A stretch of 64,000 bases of DNA from an uncultured Bacilli bacterium (GCA_947601845.1 CANQGH010000001.1:288-64287), one strand, 5' to 3'. Counted from the first letter of the stretch, positions 1-8,751 are shown. Notes: a model not told the origin generated them from the sequence alone. Numbers and translations are program-made.

Positions 1-1
1 A

Positions 2-2377
2 AAATTCGCTGATGTAAATAATATAAATCAGAAAATGGATGCAAGTGAACTTTCTAGTATTTTTGGAATAGATAAAGATTTAATCGAGCAACTATTCTTA
101 TTTTATAGAACAACCGTAGATAGTAATACCAAAATGACTTTAAATGAATTTGCTAATTTTGCTTTAAATATGTCTAGTAATGATTCTTATAAAGATATGT
201 TTGATGAAAATACTATTAAATCATTAACACTTTTAAAAACATTAAGTAATAAACAAAATGTAACTACTGCACTCAATATGACATCAATGAAGACATCTTT
301 AAATAATTTAGGATTAAGTTTGGATGATAATACTTTATCACTTTTGTATATTTATTATACAGGTTATAATACGGATACAGAATTAACATTGAATGAGTTT
401 GCAACCACAGCTTTAAATATGGCAAATAACGAAAACTATAAATCTTATTTTAATGAAAATACTTTAAAATCATTACAAACCATAGTATCATTAAATTCTA
501 GTTATAATCAAGATAAATCAAATACAGAGTTATATGCAATGTTTGGAATAGATGAAGAAACTGGGGCTAAATTAAACTATGCAATTACGCAAGGCAAATC
601 AGATACTTATAATATGACACCTTTACAATTTGTAAATACTTTATTACAAACAAGTGAAATAGTATCGCAATTAAGTGAAACTCAAAAAAATTCTTTAGGT
701 ACTGCACAATATATAATGAATAATATTTTTACTGAATATGGTGTAAATGAATTAGTGAGTGCTTTAAATCAAGATAAAACTGTAGTAAGTGTGATTTATG
801 GAGTATATGATTCTCAAAGTGGCAAATTAAAGGATATATCTGTAAAAGAATTAATTAATTTTCTATATAGTAATAAGGAAAATCCTTTATTTGCAGAAAA
901 ATTAACATTAACAGGCAATTTATTACAACTTGCCCATATAATTGTTAATAATTTAGATACAACTTATAGTTATTCAGAAATAAGTAATATTACAGGTACA
1001 GATAAAGGACAATTAGCTAAAATATTTGGAGTATATGATTATAATAATGAAACAACAACAATGACACCTTTAGAACTTACAAATCTAATATTAAATAATA
1101 AAGATAACGAGTTATTAAAGGGTAAAATATCTAATTCAGAGATTAGTGAACTATCTTTAGTTAAAGAAGCAATGACATCAACATTGAATAATACAAAATA
1201 CACATCTTCTAGTTTAAGTTCATTACTTAATATAGATAATAATACAATGAGTTTATTGTTTAGTTTATATAATTCTAAATATATAAAATCAAATCAAGAT
1301 ATTTCATTATATAATTATGTTCAATTTATTGTTAAAGATGTAATGAATAACAAAGATTATTCAGCAAAATTTGATGATGCAAAAAAAGAAAAATTAACAA
1401 CTATTAATGATATAATGAATAAATCTTTAAATAGTATAAAATATACATCTACGGAAGCATGTACATCATTAGATACATTAAGTGATAATTTAGATAAAAA
1501 TCTTGTGGATTTAATATATATGTACTATGGAAGCAATAAAGAATATGATGATTCATGGAAAATGACAATTGAAGAATTTGTTAATTATTTAAATTCTGAT
1601 ATTTTAACTGATTCAAGATTTGATGATTTCATAAATTCTGAAAAAAGGACAACAATTACTGATTCTAAAAAAACAGTTGATAAATCAAAAGATTTAATAG
1701 TATCTGATAAATATTCAAGAGTTGTATTAAATACAAAATATGCTGCTGAAGATGAAGATACTTATAAGTTTATTAATTCTATTCAAGATGAAATAGGTAA
1801 TAATGATGATATATACATTGTGGGAAATTCTCCTATGGCAGTAGAAATGAATGAAACTTTTAATAATGAATTAAATAAGATTACAATTTTAACAATGATA
1901 TTTATATTTATTGTTGTCGCAATAACATTTAAGGACTTAATTATTCCGTTTGTTTTGGTACTTATTATTCAAACTGCTGTATATTTGACTATGAGTGCAA
2001 TTTCCATTACAGGAGGATCAGTATATTTCATATCTTTATTGATCGTTCAAGCAATATTAATGGGTGCAACAATAGATTATGCCATTGTTTATACTTCTTA
2101 TTATCGTGAATCAAGATTAACGATGGGAATTAAAGATTCAGTAATTAATGCTTATAATAAATCAATTCATACAATAATTAGTTCTTCATCAATATTAATT
2201 ATTGTTACTTTAGTAGTAGCAGGTTTTGCATCAGCTATTGCTGCTAAAATATGTGAAACTATTTCTCAAGGTACATTTGCATCGGTAATATTAATTCTAT
2301 TTGTATTGCCTGGTGTACTTGCTGCGACTGATAAAATAATTTGTAGAAATGGATATTACAAAGAACCAAAAAAGTAA
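2..2377 (+). CDS. MMPL/RND-superfamily-like membrane protein, probably the C-terminal half (reading frame is open to the window edge). It has a long repeat-rich extracytoplasmic domain followed by a 5-6 helix transmembrane bundle.
   Basis: The frame is open from position 2, with the first ATG at 35. About six degenerate ~80-aa repeats carry FG(I/V)D...LY.YY...MT..EF.N..L motifs. The C-terminal hydrophobic block (ILTMIFIFIVVAITF...GATIDYAIVYTSYY...) resembles an MMPL/YdfJ transporter half. Confidence 0.45.
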   Translation, partial: KFADVNNINQKMDASELSSIFGIDKDLIEQLFLFYRTTVDSNTKMTLNEFANFALNMSSNDSYKDMFDENTIKSLTLLKTLSNKQNVTTALNMTSMKTSLNNLGLSLDDNTLSLLYIYYTGYNTDTELTLNEFATTALNMANNENYKSYFNENTLKSLQTIVSLNSSYNQDKSNTELYAMFGIDEETGAKLNYAITQGKSDTYNMTPLQFVNTLLQTSEIVSQLSETQKNSLGTAQYIMNNIFTEYGVNELVSALNQDKTVVSVIYGVYDSQSGKLKDISVKELINFLYSNKENPLFAEKLTLTGNLLQLAHIIVNNLDTTYSYSEISNITGTDKGQLAKIFGVYDYNNETTTMTPLELTNLILNNKDNELLKGKISNSEISELSLVKEAMTSTLNNTKYTSSSLSSLLNIDNNTMSLLFSLYNSKYIKSNQDISLYNYVQFIVKDVMNNKDYSAKFDDAKKEKLTTINDIMNKSLNSIKYTSTEACTSLDTLSDNLDKNLVDLIYMYYGSNKEYDDSWKMTIEEFVNYLNSDILTDSRFDDFINSEKRTTITDSKKTVDKSKDLIVSDKYSRVVLNTKYAAEDEDTYKFINSIQDEIGNNDDIYIVGNSPMAVEMNETFNNELNKITILTMIFIFIVVAITFKDLIIPFVLVLIIQTAVYLTMSAISITGGSVYFISLLIVQAILMGATIDYAIVYTSYYRESRLTMGIKDSVINAYNKSIHTIISSSSILIIVTLVVAGFASAIAAKICETISQGTFASVILILFVLPGVLAATDKIICRNGYYKEPKK

Positions 2378-2633
2378 AATCAGTTTAAAAAAATTTATAA
2401 ATAATCTATTTCAGTAAAAAGTAGGGTTATATTATAATCTTACTTTTTTAATTAAATCAAAAGAAAATCATCATTTTTCCTTATAAGTAAAAGGATTTCT
2501 GATGATTTTTAGTTTGTACAATTGTATTTCTTTCATAGTATGATTTTTAAAATTAAATTCTACAGCAAAAGCATTCAAAATTATTGTACCAATTGTGTAT
2601 TGATGCTTAAACTGTTGTTGATTTTTTTAATTT

Positions 2634-2691
2634 TTAGTCAATTAAAATGATTAAAAGTAATTGACTAAATATCTTATTTTCTGGTATAATA
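2634..2691 (+). promoter_or_regulatory. Consensus sigma-A promoter (TTGACT-17-TGgTATAAT). A perfect 10-bp inverted repeat (TTAGTCAATT-N15-AATTGACTAA) overlaps the -35 element and is a candidate operator.
   Basis: TTGACT lies at 2661-2666 and the extended -10 TGGTATAAT at 2682-2690, with a 17-nt spacer. The palindrome arms are at 2634-2643 and 2659-2668. Confidence 0.6.
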
Positions 2692-2706
2692 CGTATGATT
2701 GAGAAA

Positions 2707-2767
2707 GGCAGGTAATGGTTAATTCTCAAAACCACTGTTGGGAGTTCGATTCTCTCATTCCCTGCCA
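2707..2767 (+). ncRNA. tRNA-like element or small RNA. It has a canonical T-arm (GGGAG-TTCGATT-CTCTC), an acceptor-like 6-bp GC-rich stem (GGCAGG/CCTGCC) with 3' A and CCA-like end, and one extra hairpin (TGGTT-9nt-AACCA). There is no D-arm, so it is not a canonical tRNA.
   Basis: Folded by hand. It lies about 10 nt downstream of the consensus promoter. It is followed by a weak hairpin plus T7 run at about 2781-2806. Confidence 0.4.
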
Positions 2768-2827
2768 AATGTTTATAACGATTTTGCTATATAAGTCGTT
2801 TTTTTATTTAAATTTATAGGTGGAAAT

Positions 2828-3337
2828 ATGGATACAAGCATTAAAGCATATAATCAGTTTTGGACATTATATAATAATCATAGTGAGTTTCATAATTTAG
2901 TTGCTAACAATATGAAAGACGGCAAAATTCGTTTTTTTAATGAAAATGAGTGGAATAAAATAACTTCTCAAAATTTTATGCCTACTGTGCCAGAGGTGAA
3001 TGAGTTTATAGATATGTTTACTTTAGGTTATAATATTGGTAATTGTGTTGGTACTAGTATGCAATTAAGTTATTCTTACGATGATGTAGATATTGTCAGC
3101 GGAATCCTACCTATTTTAAAAGGGACCTTAAATGCCGAAAAAGAGGGCGGCCATTGTTGGTTAGAGACACCCACTGCTATTATTGATACTACATTAATGT
3201 TAGTTATTGATAAATCGTTAAAAAAAGATTTTGGATATATTGAAGAAGAAAGATTAACCTCCTTACAACTAAGCAAAATGCCAAGATATCAAGCTAGAAA
3301 AGAATTTGTTAATGACCAATCTTTTCACAAAAAATAA
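2828..3337 (+). CDS. Hypothetical cytoplasmic protein with a candidate Cys/His catalytic pair (GNCVGTS ... GGHCWLE). It resembles the transglutaminase-like / papain-fold motif H(A/C)W(V/L)E.
   Basis: Complete ORF with a GGTGG RBS. The Cys-His spacing is about 36 aa, with a downstream Asp (IIDTT). There is no signal peptide. Confidence 0.3.
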   Translation: MDTSIKAYNQFWTLYNNHSEFHNLVANNMKDGKIRFFNENEWNKITSQNFMPTVPEVNEFIDMFTLGYNIGNCVGTSMQLSYSYDDVDIVSGILPILKGTLNAEKEGGHCWLETPTAIIDTTLMLVIDKSLKKDFGYIEEERLTSLQLSKMPRYQARKEFVNDQSFHKK

Positions 3338-3406
3338 AAAAATTTCTTTTTTTTAGGAAATGGATATATAAAAAGCTAATAATCTCCTTAAGGGAGGTTA
3401 TTTTTT

Positions 3407-5914
3407 ATGGAAATATTTACAAAGAGAATAAAAAGGTACTCTAGATTGATATTATTTTTATTCATAGGTATGTGCATAGTTATTTTAGGAGGATATGACA
3501 AAGTTTATGCTTCTAATTTAAAAGTGGAACGTATTGACAATGTTTATTTTGTGTGGAAAGGTGGTAATGTTGGCTATGACAGTGGTCAGTATGGTATTTT
3601 CAGTATTGATAATAAAGTTGTATATTGCATTGAACCTGGTAAGCATATAAGTACGAATGATTATTATGCTAGTAATGGGGTAGCTACATTACCATTTTCT
3701 GATGAGATTAATAGAAAAATTCAATTAATGGGGTATTATGGTTATAATTATCCTGGCCATCAAACTTTAAAATACAGAATGGCAACGCAAGCTTTAATAT
3801 GGGAAACTATTGGCGGATTAACGGCTGAGTTCTGGACTGAATTATATGGTAACGGTGATTATATTGATGTTAGCAGTGAAAAAAGTGAAATCTTGAGGTT
3901 AATTGAAAATCATAATGATAAGCCTAGTTTTGATGGAGAAACTTTACAAGGGGGTATAGGGCAGAGATTAGTTTTAACTGATATAAATGAAGTATTATCA
4001 GATTTTGAGGTAGTGGAAACAACAGATGCTATAGCGAGAATAGAAGGAAATAATTTAGTTATTACTCCTAAAGTCATTGGTGATATTACCATTTATTTAA
4101 CGAAAAAAACCTATACCAAAGATTCAACTGTTCTTTTTGCAGGTTACGATAAGGAGTCACAAAAAATGGCTTTCTTTGGTTATAGTGATGATGTAACAGT
4201 CTCTATTCATATTACTAGTTATGGAGGTTTGGTTACTTTGTATAAAGTTGATAGTGATACTTTTGATATTGTGCCTCAGGGAGACGCCAAATTAAAAGGT
4301 GCTATATATGGAGTTTATACTGAAGATGGTGTTAGAATAGGAGAAGTAGTAATAGGCGAAGATATGGTTGGTAAAAGCGACTTCTTGCCTAATTTAGGTA
4401 GGTTTTATGCCCAAGAAGAAGTTCCTAGTCCAGGATATACCGTTGACCCAACTAAATATTATTTTGATATTACTGAAGATGAATTGTTCCCATTTATAAT
4501 AGTTAATGAGAAAGTAATAGAAAGAGATATTGAACTATATAAAACTTATAAAGATAGTAAAACTGGGATTTTAAAGAGCGAGCCTGAAGTTATTTTTGAA
4601 TTTTATCTAAAGTCTACTATGCAGTTATATGAAACTGGCGTAACGGATAGTAACGGTCGGTTAAAAGTAACTTTACCATATGGAACATATATAGTTAAAC
4701 AAGTAAATTCACAAGAGGGTTATGGCAAAGTATCTGATTTTGAAATCGTAGTCGATAGTGCTGGTGATGATTCAATAATTATAGAGTTATATGATCCAAT
4801 TATAAGCGCTCATCTTAAAGTTATAAAAATTGATAGTGAATCAGGACAGATTATATTAAGAGATGGAATCAAATTTAGAATCAAAAATTTAGATACTAAT
4901 AAATATGTTTGTCAACTTAATACAAGAGCACATAATGAAGATGATTGTATTTTTGAAACTAGAAATGGGTACTTTATTACCCCTTATAAATTAGAAGATG
5001 GTCATTATCAACTTGAAGAGGTTAAGGATCAGGTTATAGTTGGTTATGTATGGAATAGTGAGCCATTAGAGTTTACTATATGTGATGATGCTAACTATAT
5101 TTATGATGAAGAATATGGAGCCATTCTAGAAATTAAATTTGCTAACAATCCTGTCAAAGGAGAAGTTAATGTTAACAAGATTGGTGAGAAATTGGTTATA
5201 GAGAATGGTAATTACCATTATGAAGAGATTCAATTAAACAATGTTACATATCAGTTGTATGCTTTTGAAGATATTTATAGTGCTGATGGAAGACTCATTT
5301 ATAGAGCAAATACATTAATTGGTACTTATACTACCAATAATGGCAATTTTACAATTAGTAATTTATATTTAGGAAAATATTATTTAATCGAAGTTATTAC
5401 TCATGATGACCACGTTTTAGATTCTAACAAGCAATATTTTTCAATTGAATTTCAAGATAGTAATACTCCTATAGTATCGTTAGATATAACATTAAAGAAT
5501 TATTTAAAAAAGGGGAGATTTGAGTTTCATAAAAAGGATTTAGCAACAGGTGAGGCCCTTCCTAATACAAAAATACAAATATATAGTTATAACGAAAATA
5601 TTGATGATGGTATTTTAATATTTGAGGGAGTTACAGATGATAGTGGCAATATTGTTATTACTAATTTATTTGTAGGTAAGTTTTATTTGTTGGAAAGTGA
5701 AGCACCAGATGGATATATTTTAAATACTGATAAAATATTGTTTGAGATAAAAGAAAATGGGGATATTATCAAAGAAGAGATGACTAATGAAAGAATTCCT
5801 TTTGATATTCCTAATACTTTGGTGCAAGATGAAATCATAATTAATATTATTTCTTTATTGTTCATGTTTATCGGGTTAGGGTTATTTGCTTATGGTAAGA
5901 AAAATAAAAGTTAA
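3407..5914 (+). CDS. Cell-surface adhesin. It has a signal peptide, an N-terminal thioester (TQxA) domain, several CnaB/SpaA-type Ig-like repeats, and a C-terminal wall-sorting-like segment (IPNTL + hydrophobic stretch + KKNKS).
   Basis: The N-terminus MEIF..LILFLFIGMCIVILG..VYA is signal-peptide like. YCIEPGK (Cys74) and MATQALIWE (Gln128) match the thioester Cys and TQxA(I/V)W motifs. Repeats such as GKYYLIEV and GKFYLLESEAPDGYIL are CnaB-like. The C-terminal TM plus basic tail is typical of sortase substrates. Confidence 0.6.
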   Translation: MEIFTKRIKRYSRLILFLFIGMCIVILGGYDKVYASNLKVERIDNVYFVWKGGNVGYDSGQYGIFSIDNKVVYCIEPGKHISTNDYYASNGVATLPFSDEINRKIQLMGYYGYNYPGHQTLKYRMATQALIWETIGGLTAEFWTELYGNGDYIDVSSEKSEILRLIENHNDKPSFDGETLQGGIGQRLVLTDINEVLSDFEVVETTDAIARIEGNNLVITPKVIGDITIYLTKKTYTKDSTVLFAGYDKESQKMAFFGYSDDVTVSIHITSYGGLVTLYKVDSDTFDIVPQGDAKLKGAIYGVYTEDGVRIGEVVIGEDMVGKSDFLPNLGRFYAQEEVPSPGYTVDPTKYYFDITEDELFPFIIVNEKVIERDIELYKTYKDSKTGILKSEPEVIFEFYLKSTMQLYETGVTDSNGRLKVTLPYGTYIVKQVNSQEGYGKVSDFEIVVDSAGDDSIIIELYDPIISAHLKVIKIDSESGQIILRDGIKFRIKNLDTNKYVCQLNTRAHNEDDCIFETRNGYFITPYKLEDGHYQLEEVKDQVIVGYVWNSEPLEFTICDDANYIYDEEYGAILEIKFANNPVKGEVNVNKIGEKLVIENGNYHYEEIQLNNVTYQLYAFEDIYSADGRLIYRANTLIGTYTTNNGNFTISNLYLGKYYLIEVITHDDHVLDSNKQYFSIEFQDSNTPIVSLDITLKNYLKKGRFEFHKKDLATGEALPNTKIQIYSYNENIDDGILIFEGVTDDSGNIVITNLFVGKFYLLESEAPDGYILNTDKILFEIKENGDIIKEEMTNERIPFDIPNTLVQDEIIINIISLLFMFIGLGLFAYGKKNKS

Positions 5915-6560
5915 TGTTAAAATATCAACAATTGGTTCGTTTTTTATAATAGTAGCCATAGTAATATTTACTAATTATCATATTTATAACTATATGCATG
6001 ATAAAATTGAGAAGAAGAGAGTAGAACAGTTCTTGGAGGCAAATATGAATAATCAAGGTATTATTGATGAAGAAGAATTTGTAGAACTGGAGGAGGAAAT
6101 TAAGCCAAACCAAGATGAAAATAAAAATACAGATAGTTATGACTATATTGGAATTTTAGAAATACCTAAGATTGATTTCCAAAAAGGCTTTTTTGATGTA
6201 GATGACAAGCGCAATAATGTTAATCAAAATATTCAGGTTATAAAGAATTCAACTATGCCAGACATTGACAAAAGTCTTTTAGTTATAGCAGGTCATAGTG
6301 GTAATGGAATAAATAATTATTTTCATTATTTGTATAAATTAGATTATAATGATGAAGTATACATTTACTATAAAAATATTAAGTATGTATATCATGTAGT
6401 TAATATTTATGAAAAAAATAAGGATGGCTCTATTGACATTTTATCAAGTAACGATTCACAATTAGTCTTAACTACTTGTAGTCAAAGCGATAAATCAAAA
6501 CAAATTGTAATCATCTCTAATCTTATAAATAAAATAGTACAAAAGAAAAATGGTCTTTAA
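5886..6560 (+). CDS. Sortase (class B-like) with an N-terminal membrane anchor, a His in LVIAGH and a catalytic Cys in LVLTTCS.
   Basis: It contains the TLxTC-type motif LVLTTC and the conserved His (IAGHSG). Its N-terminal TM is IGSFFIIVAIVIF. It overlaps the 3' end of the adhesin gene by 29 nt. Confidence 0.65.
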   Translation: MLMVRKIKVNVKISTIGSFFIIVAIVIFTNYHIYNYMHDKIEKKRVEQFLEANMNNQGIIDEEEFVELEEEIKPNQDENKNTDSYDYIGILEIPKIDFQKGFFDVDDKRNNVNQNIQVIKNSTMPDIDKSLLVIAGHSGNGINNYFHYLYKLDYNDEVYIYYKNIKYVYHVVNIYEKNKDGSIDILSSNDSQLVLTTCSQSDKSKQIVIISNLINKIVQKKNGL

Positions 6561-6571
6561 TTAGATCATTT

Positions 6572-7066
6572 TTAGCTTATCTTTTTAAGTGTTATACTAG
6601 CATTAACACCACTACTTAGATTTACACCAACTGCTAATACTGTGGATAAAGCCATATCAATGACACTGTTAGCAGATAAATTGGTAATAATACTACCAGT
6701 ATATGTTGAAGCTGAGCCCAAAGATAAAGCTCTAGATATAACGGTACTAGGGATATTAGCACCATTATTGCGAATTGCCATAGTAATGGTTGTTCCTAGC
6801 GTTATGGATAAGTTAATATAAAAATTAATTTCATAAATCCCCCCTTGTTCTACTATAATGCTGTTATCAGTATTATAAGACACATTGTTTCCTGGCATTA
6901 ATACGGTAAGGGGAACTTGTGTTTGCGATGATACACCTAGAGAAAGAGTACGAGCAGTGTTACTATACCTACCACCATATACGTTTAAACTAGCTGCACC
7001 CGATGACCCTGTAGGTCCCGTTGGTCCTTGCGGAATAACAAAGTTTAATGAGTAAGAAGAATTCAT
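6572..7066 (-). CDS. Collagen-like or exosporium-type protein. It has an LNFVIPQG head, a short GPT collagen stretch, and a BclA-C-terminal-domain-like (C1q/TNF-like) beta-rich globular domain.
   Basis: The N-terminus is MNSSYSLNFVIPQGPTGPTGSSG. The C-terminal 130 aa are Ser/Thr/Gly/Ile-rich with alternating hydrophobic strands (IYEINFYINLSITLGTTITM...), as in the BclA C-terminal domain. It has its own RBS, AAAGGA. Confidence 0.55.
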   Translation of the reverse strand: MNSSYSLNFVIPQGPTGPTGSSGAASLNVYGGRYSNTARTLSLGVSSQTQVPLTVLMPGNNVSYNTDNSIIVEQGGIYEINFYINLSITLGTTITMAIRNNGANIPSTVISRALSLGSASTYTGSIITNLSANSVIDMALSTVLAVGVNLSSGVNASITLKKIS

Positions 7067-7087
7067 AAATTTATCCTTTGTTTGTTA

Positions 7088-7318
7088 TTAATTAGAAACC
7101 GGCGTTATAGTTACAGAAGCATTACTTCCTGGACTACCTGTTGTGACTGTGCCGATTGTTAACCTTGGAGCAGGTCCTGTCGCACCAGTTAATCCTTGTG
7201 GTCCAGTCGGACCAATAGGTCCGGTTACTCCTTGTAATCCTTGCGGTCCTGTTGCGCCGACATCGCCTCTAGGAATAGTAAAATCTAATCTATATGTTGT
7301 AGTATCTTCATTCATCAA
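7088..7318 (-). CDS. Short collagen-like cassette with a [10 protein letters not shown] head, GxT/GPQ triplets and an [25 protein letters not shown] tail.
   Basis: It has Gly-X-Y triplets with Pro/Thr. Its head and tail motifs are shared with ORF 63009-63680. It is separated from the downstream cassette by a stop, a 21-nt spacer and an RBS. Confidence 0.5.
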   Translation of the reverse strand: MMNEDTTTYRLDFTIPRGDVGATGPQGLQGVTGPIGPTGPQGLTGATGPAPRLTIGTVTTGSPGSNASVTITPVSN

Positions 7319-7400
7319 TATCGCTCCTTTACAAATAGTGTTTCTTTAATCATCATTTGTACATTATATGCTAATAGATGTATAAAATTAATAACAATTA

Positions 7401-7934
7401 TTAAAATTGTTCATAATGTATACTTTCCAAATATACTTTCAAATGACTAAGACCTTTTTTATTGTATTTACTGATATCCTGATATTTGATTTTGGTAATA
7501 TTACTTATATCTTTATAACTAAAATTATAGAAATAATGTAGAATAATAATTATTTTTTCATATATATCCAATGTGTTTATAGCTTTTCTAACTATATCTT
7601 TTTGCTCATTAGCAATAATTATATTTAACAAATCTTCCTTGACATAAAGCCCATAATAATATTCTGTCAACTCTATATTCTTGGCATAATAACGTCTTTT
7701 ATAACTATAGGCATTGCGCATGACATTATAAGAAATATTACATAGATATCTATCATAATCAATTATTTTAATATTATTTGCCACTTTTTTATCTAGTTCA
7801 TAAAAACTTTTATTAACTATTTCATCAATATTCAATACATCGATCGTTTTCCAAGCGTGATGTTTAATGTAGTCATAAACTAGACTATATTTCTCATGAT
7901 AAATATCCTCTAACTTCATACTACTGCCTCCCAT
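7401..7934 (-). CDS. ECF-type (group 4) sigma-70 family factor of 177 aa.
   Basis: It has a region 2-like N-terminus and a region 4 HTH (ILHYFYNFSYKDISNITKIKYQDISKYNKKGLSHLK). It is co-oriented with, and immediately upstream of, the collagen-like cassettes. Confidence 0.6.
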   Translation of the reverse strand: MGGSSMKLEDIYHEKYSLVYDYIKHHAWKTIDVLNIDEIVNKSFYELDKKVANNIKIIDYDRYLCNISYNVMRNAYSYKRRYYAKNIELTEYYYGLYVKEDLLNIIIANEQKDIVRKAINTLDIYEKIIIILHYFYNFSYKDISNITKIKYQDISKYNKKGLSHLKVYLESIHYEQF

Positions 7935-7968
7935 TTAATCATATCATAATTGGTAAAAAATGGTATAA

Positions 7969-8751
7969 TTGAGACAGGAAGTGATATTGATGAAAAACAA
8001 AAAAAGGAAAGAATTAAAGGAGCCAAAAGAAAATAAGGCATATAAAATATTTATGGATATTTTGACAATTACTGGTGTTATTATTAGTATATTGAGTCTT
8101 TATATTGCCATATTAGTAAGAAAAGATACAGCTGAATTATCCAAATTTTCTGATAAACCTATTTATTATACAATTAGTCTATATCCAACTGATAATTATG
8201 AAGCTCAAGTAAACGATAAATATTTAAGTATAAATTTAAAGTTGGTTATTGATGATTTCCAAATAAATAAACATAATTTTTTAAATGTAAATTATAATGC
8301 AGTGTTTACCAAAACAAAATATTATATGGTTTACGATTATGACATTCAAAATAATAATTATAAATATATGCGATATGAATTAGATGATAAGACAGAAGGA
8401 AAAATGCGCTTTGAAGATGACTATTATATCGCACCGGTTAGATTAAATTACTCTATAACTCCCAATAAAGAATATTGTTACTTATTAATATATACGGAAA
8501 CCACTTCTGAAAAACATTTAGATTTACTTTTATTTAAATATCATGATAGTGATAAGAGCTTTACTTTAGATACTGTTCTAGATGACAAAGGAAACGAAAA
8601 AATCGATACAGAAGTTATCGATAAAGATGTGTATATATGTAAAGAATACTTTATAGATTTATGGTCAGAGCAAGATGTAAAAGCTAAAAGCGATTTATCT
8701 TTTATGTTTGATGTTTACGAAGATTTATATCAGAAGTTAATTTTATCGTAA
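7969..8751 (+). CDS. Hypothetical single-pass membrane protein. It has a short basic cytoplasmic N-terminus, one TM helix and a ~200-aa extracytoplasmic domain. It is transcribed divergently from the sigma gene.
   Basis: The TM helix is ILTITGVIISILSLYIAILV. No motif was recognised. Confidence 0.4.
   Translation: MRQEVILMKNKKRKELKEPKENKAYKIFMDILTITGVIISILSLYIAILVRKDTAELSKFSDKPIYYTISLYPTDNYEAQVNDKYLSINLKLVIDDFQINKHNFLNVNYNAVFTKTKYYMVYDYDIQNNNYKYMRYELDDKTEGKMRFEDDYYIAPVRLNYSITPNKEYCYLLIYTETTSEKHLDLLLFKYHDSDKSFTLDTVLDDKGNEKIDTEVIDKDVYICKEYFIDLWSEQDVKAKSDLSFMFDVYEDLYQKLILS

Noticed and set aside
2405-2450. Possible intrinsic terminator after the first gene (AAAAGTAGGG...CTTACTTTTTT).
   Set aside because: The stem is imperfect (AAGTAGG versus CTTACTT), so it is left unannotated. 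The inverted repeat at 2465-2510 (AAAATCATCA...TGATGATTTT) is also AT-only and of uncertain significance.
2707-2767. Calling the tRNA-like element a bona fide tRNA gene.
   Set aside because: No D-arm, and no 5' acceptor strand complementary to ATTCCCT. With the GGCAGG/CCTGCC pairing there are 3 extra nt between the T-stem and the acceptor, and the remaining hairpin has a 9-nt loop. It is reported as tRNA-like only.
7143-7349. Plus-strand 68-aa ORF rich in Pro/Gly/Val, antisense to the collagen-like gene.
   Set aside because: It is a mirror-image ORF generated by the GC-rich Gly-X-Y codon periodicity on the opposite strand and has no RBS. The same applies to 63229-63564 (minus strand), which is antisense to the 63009-63680 collagen-like gene.
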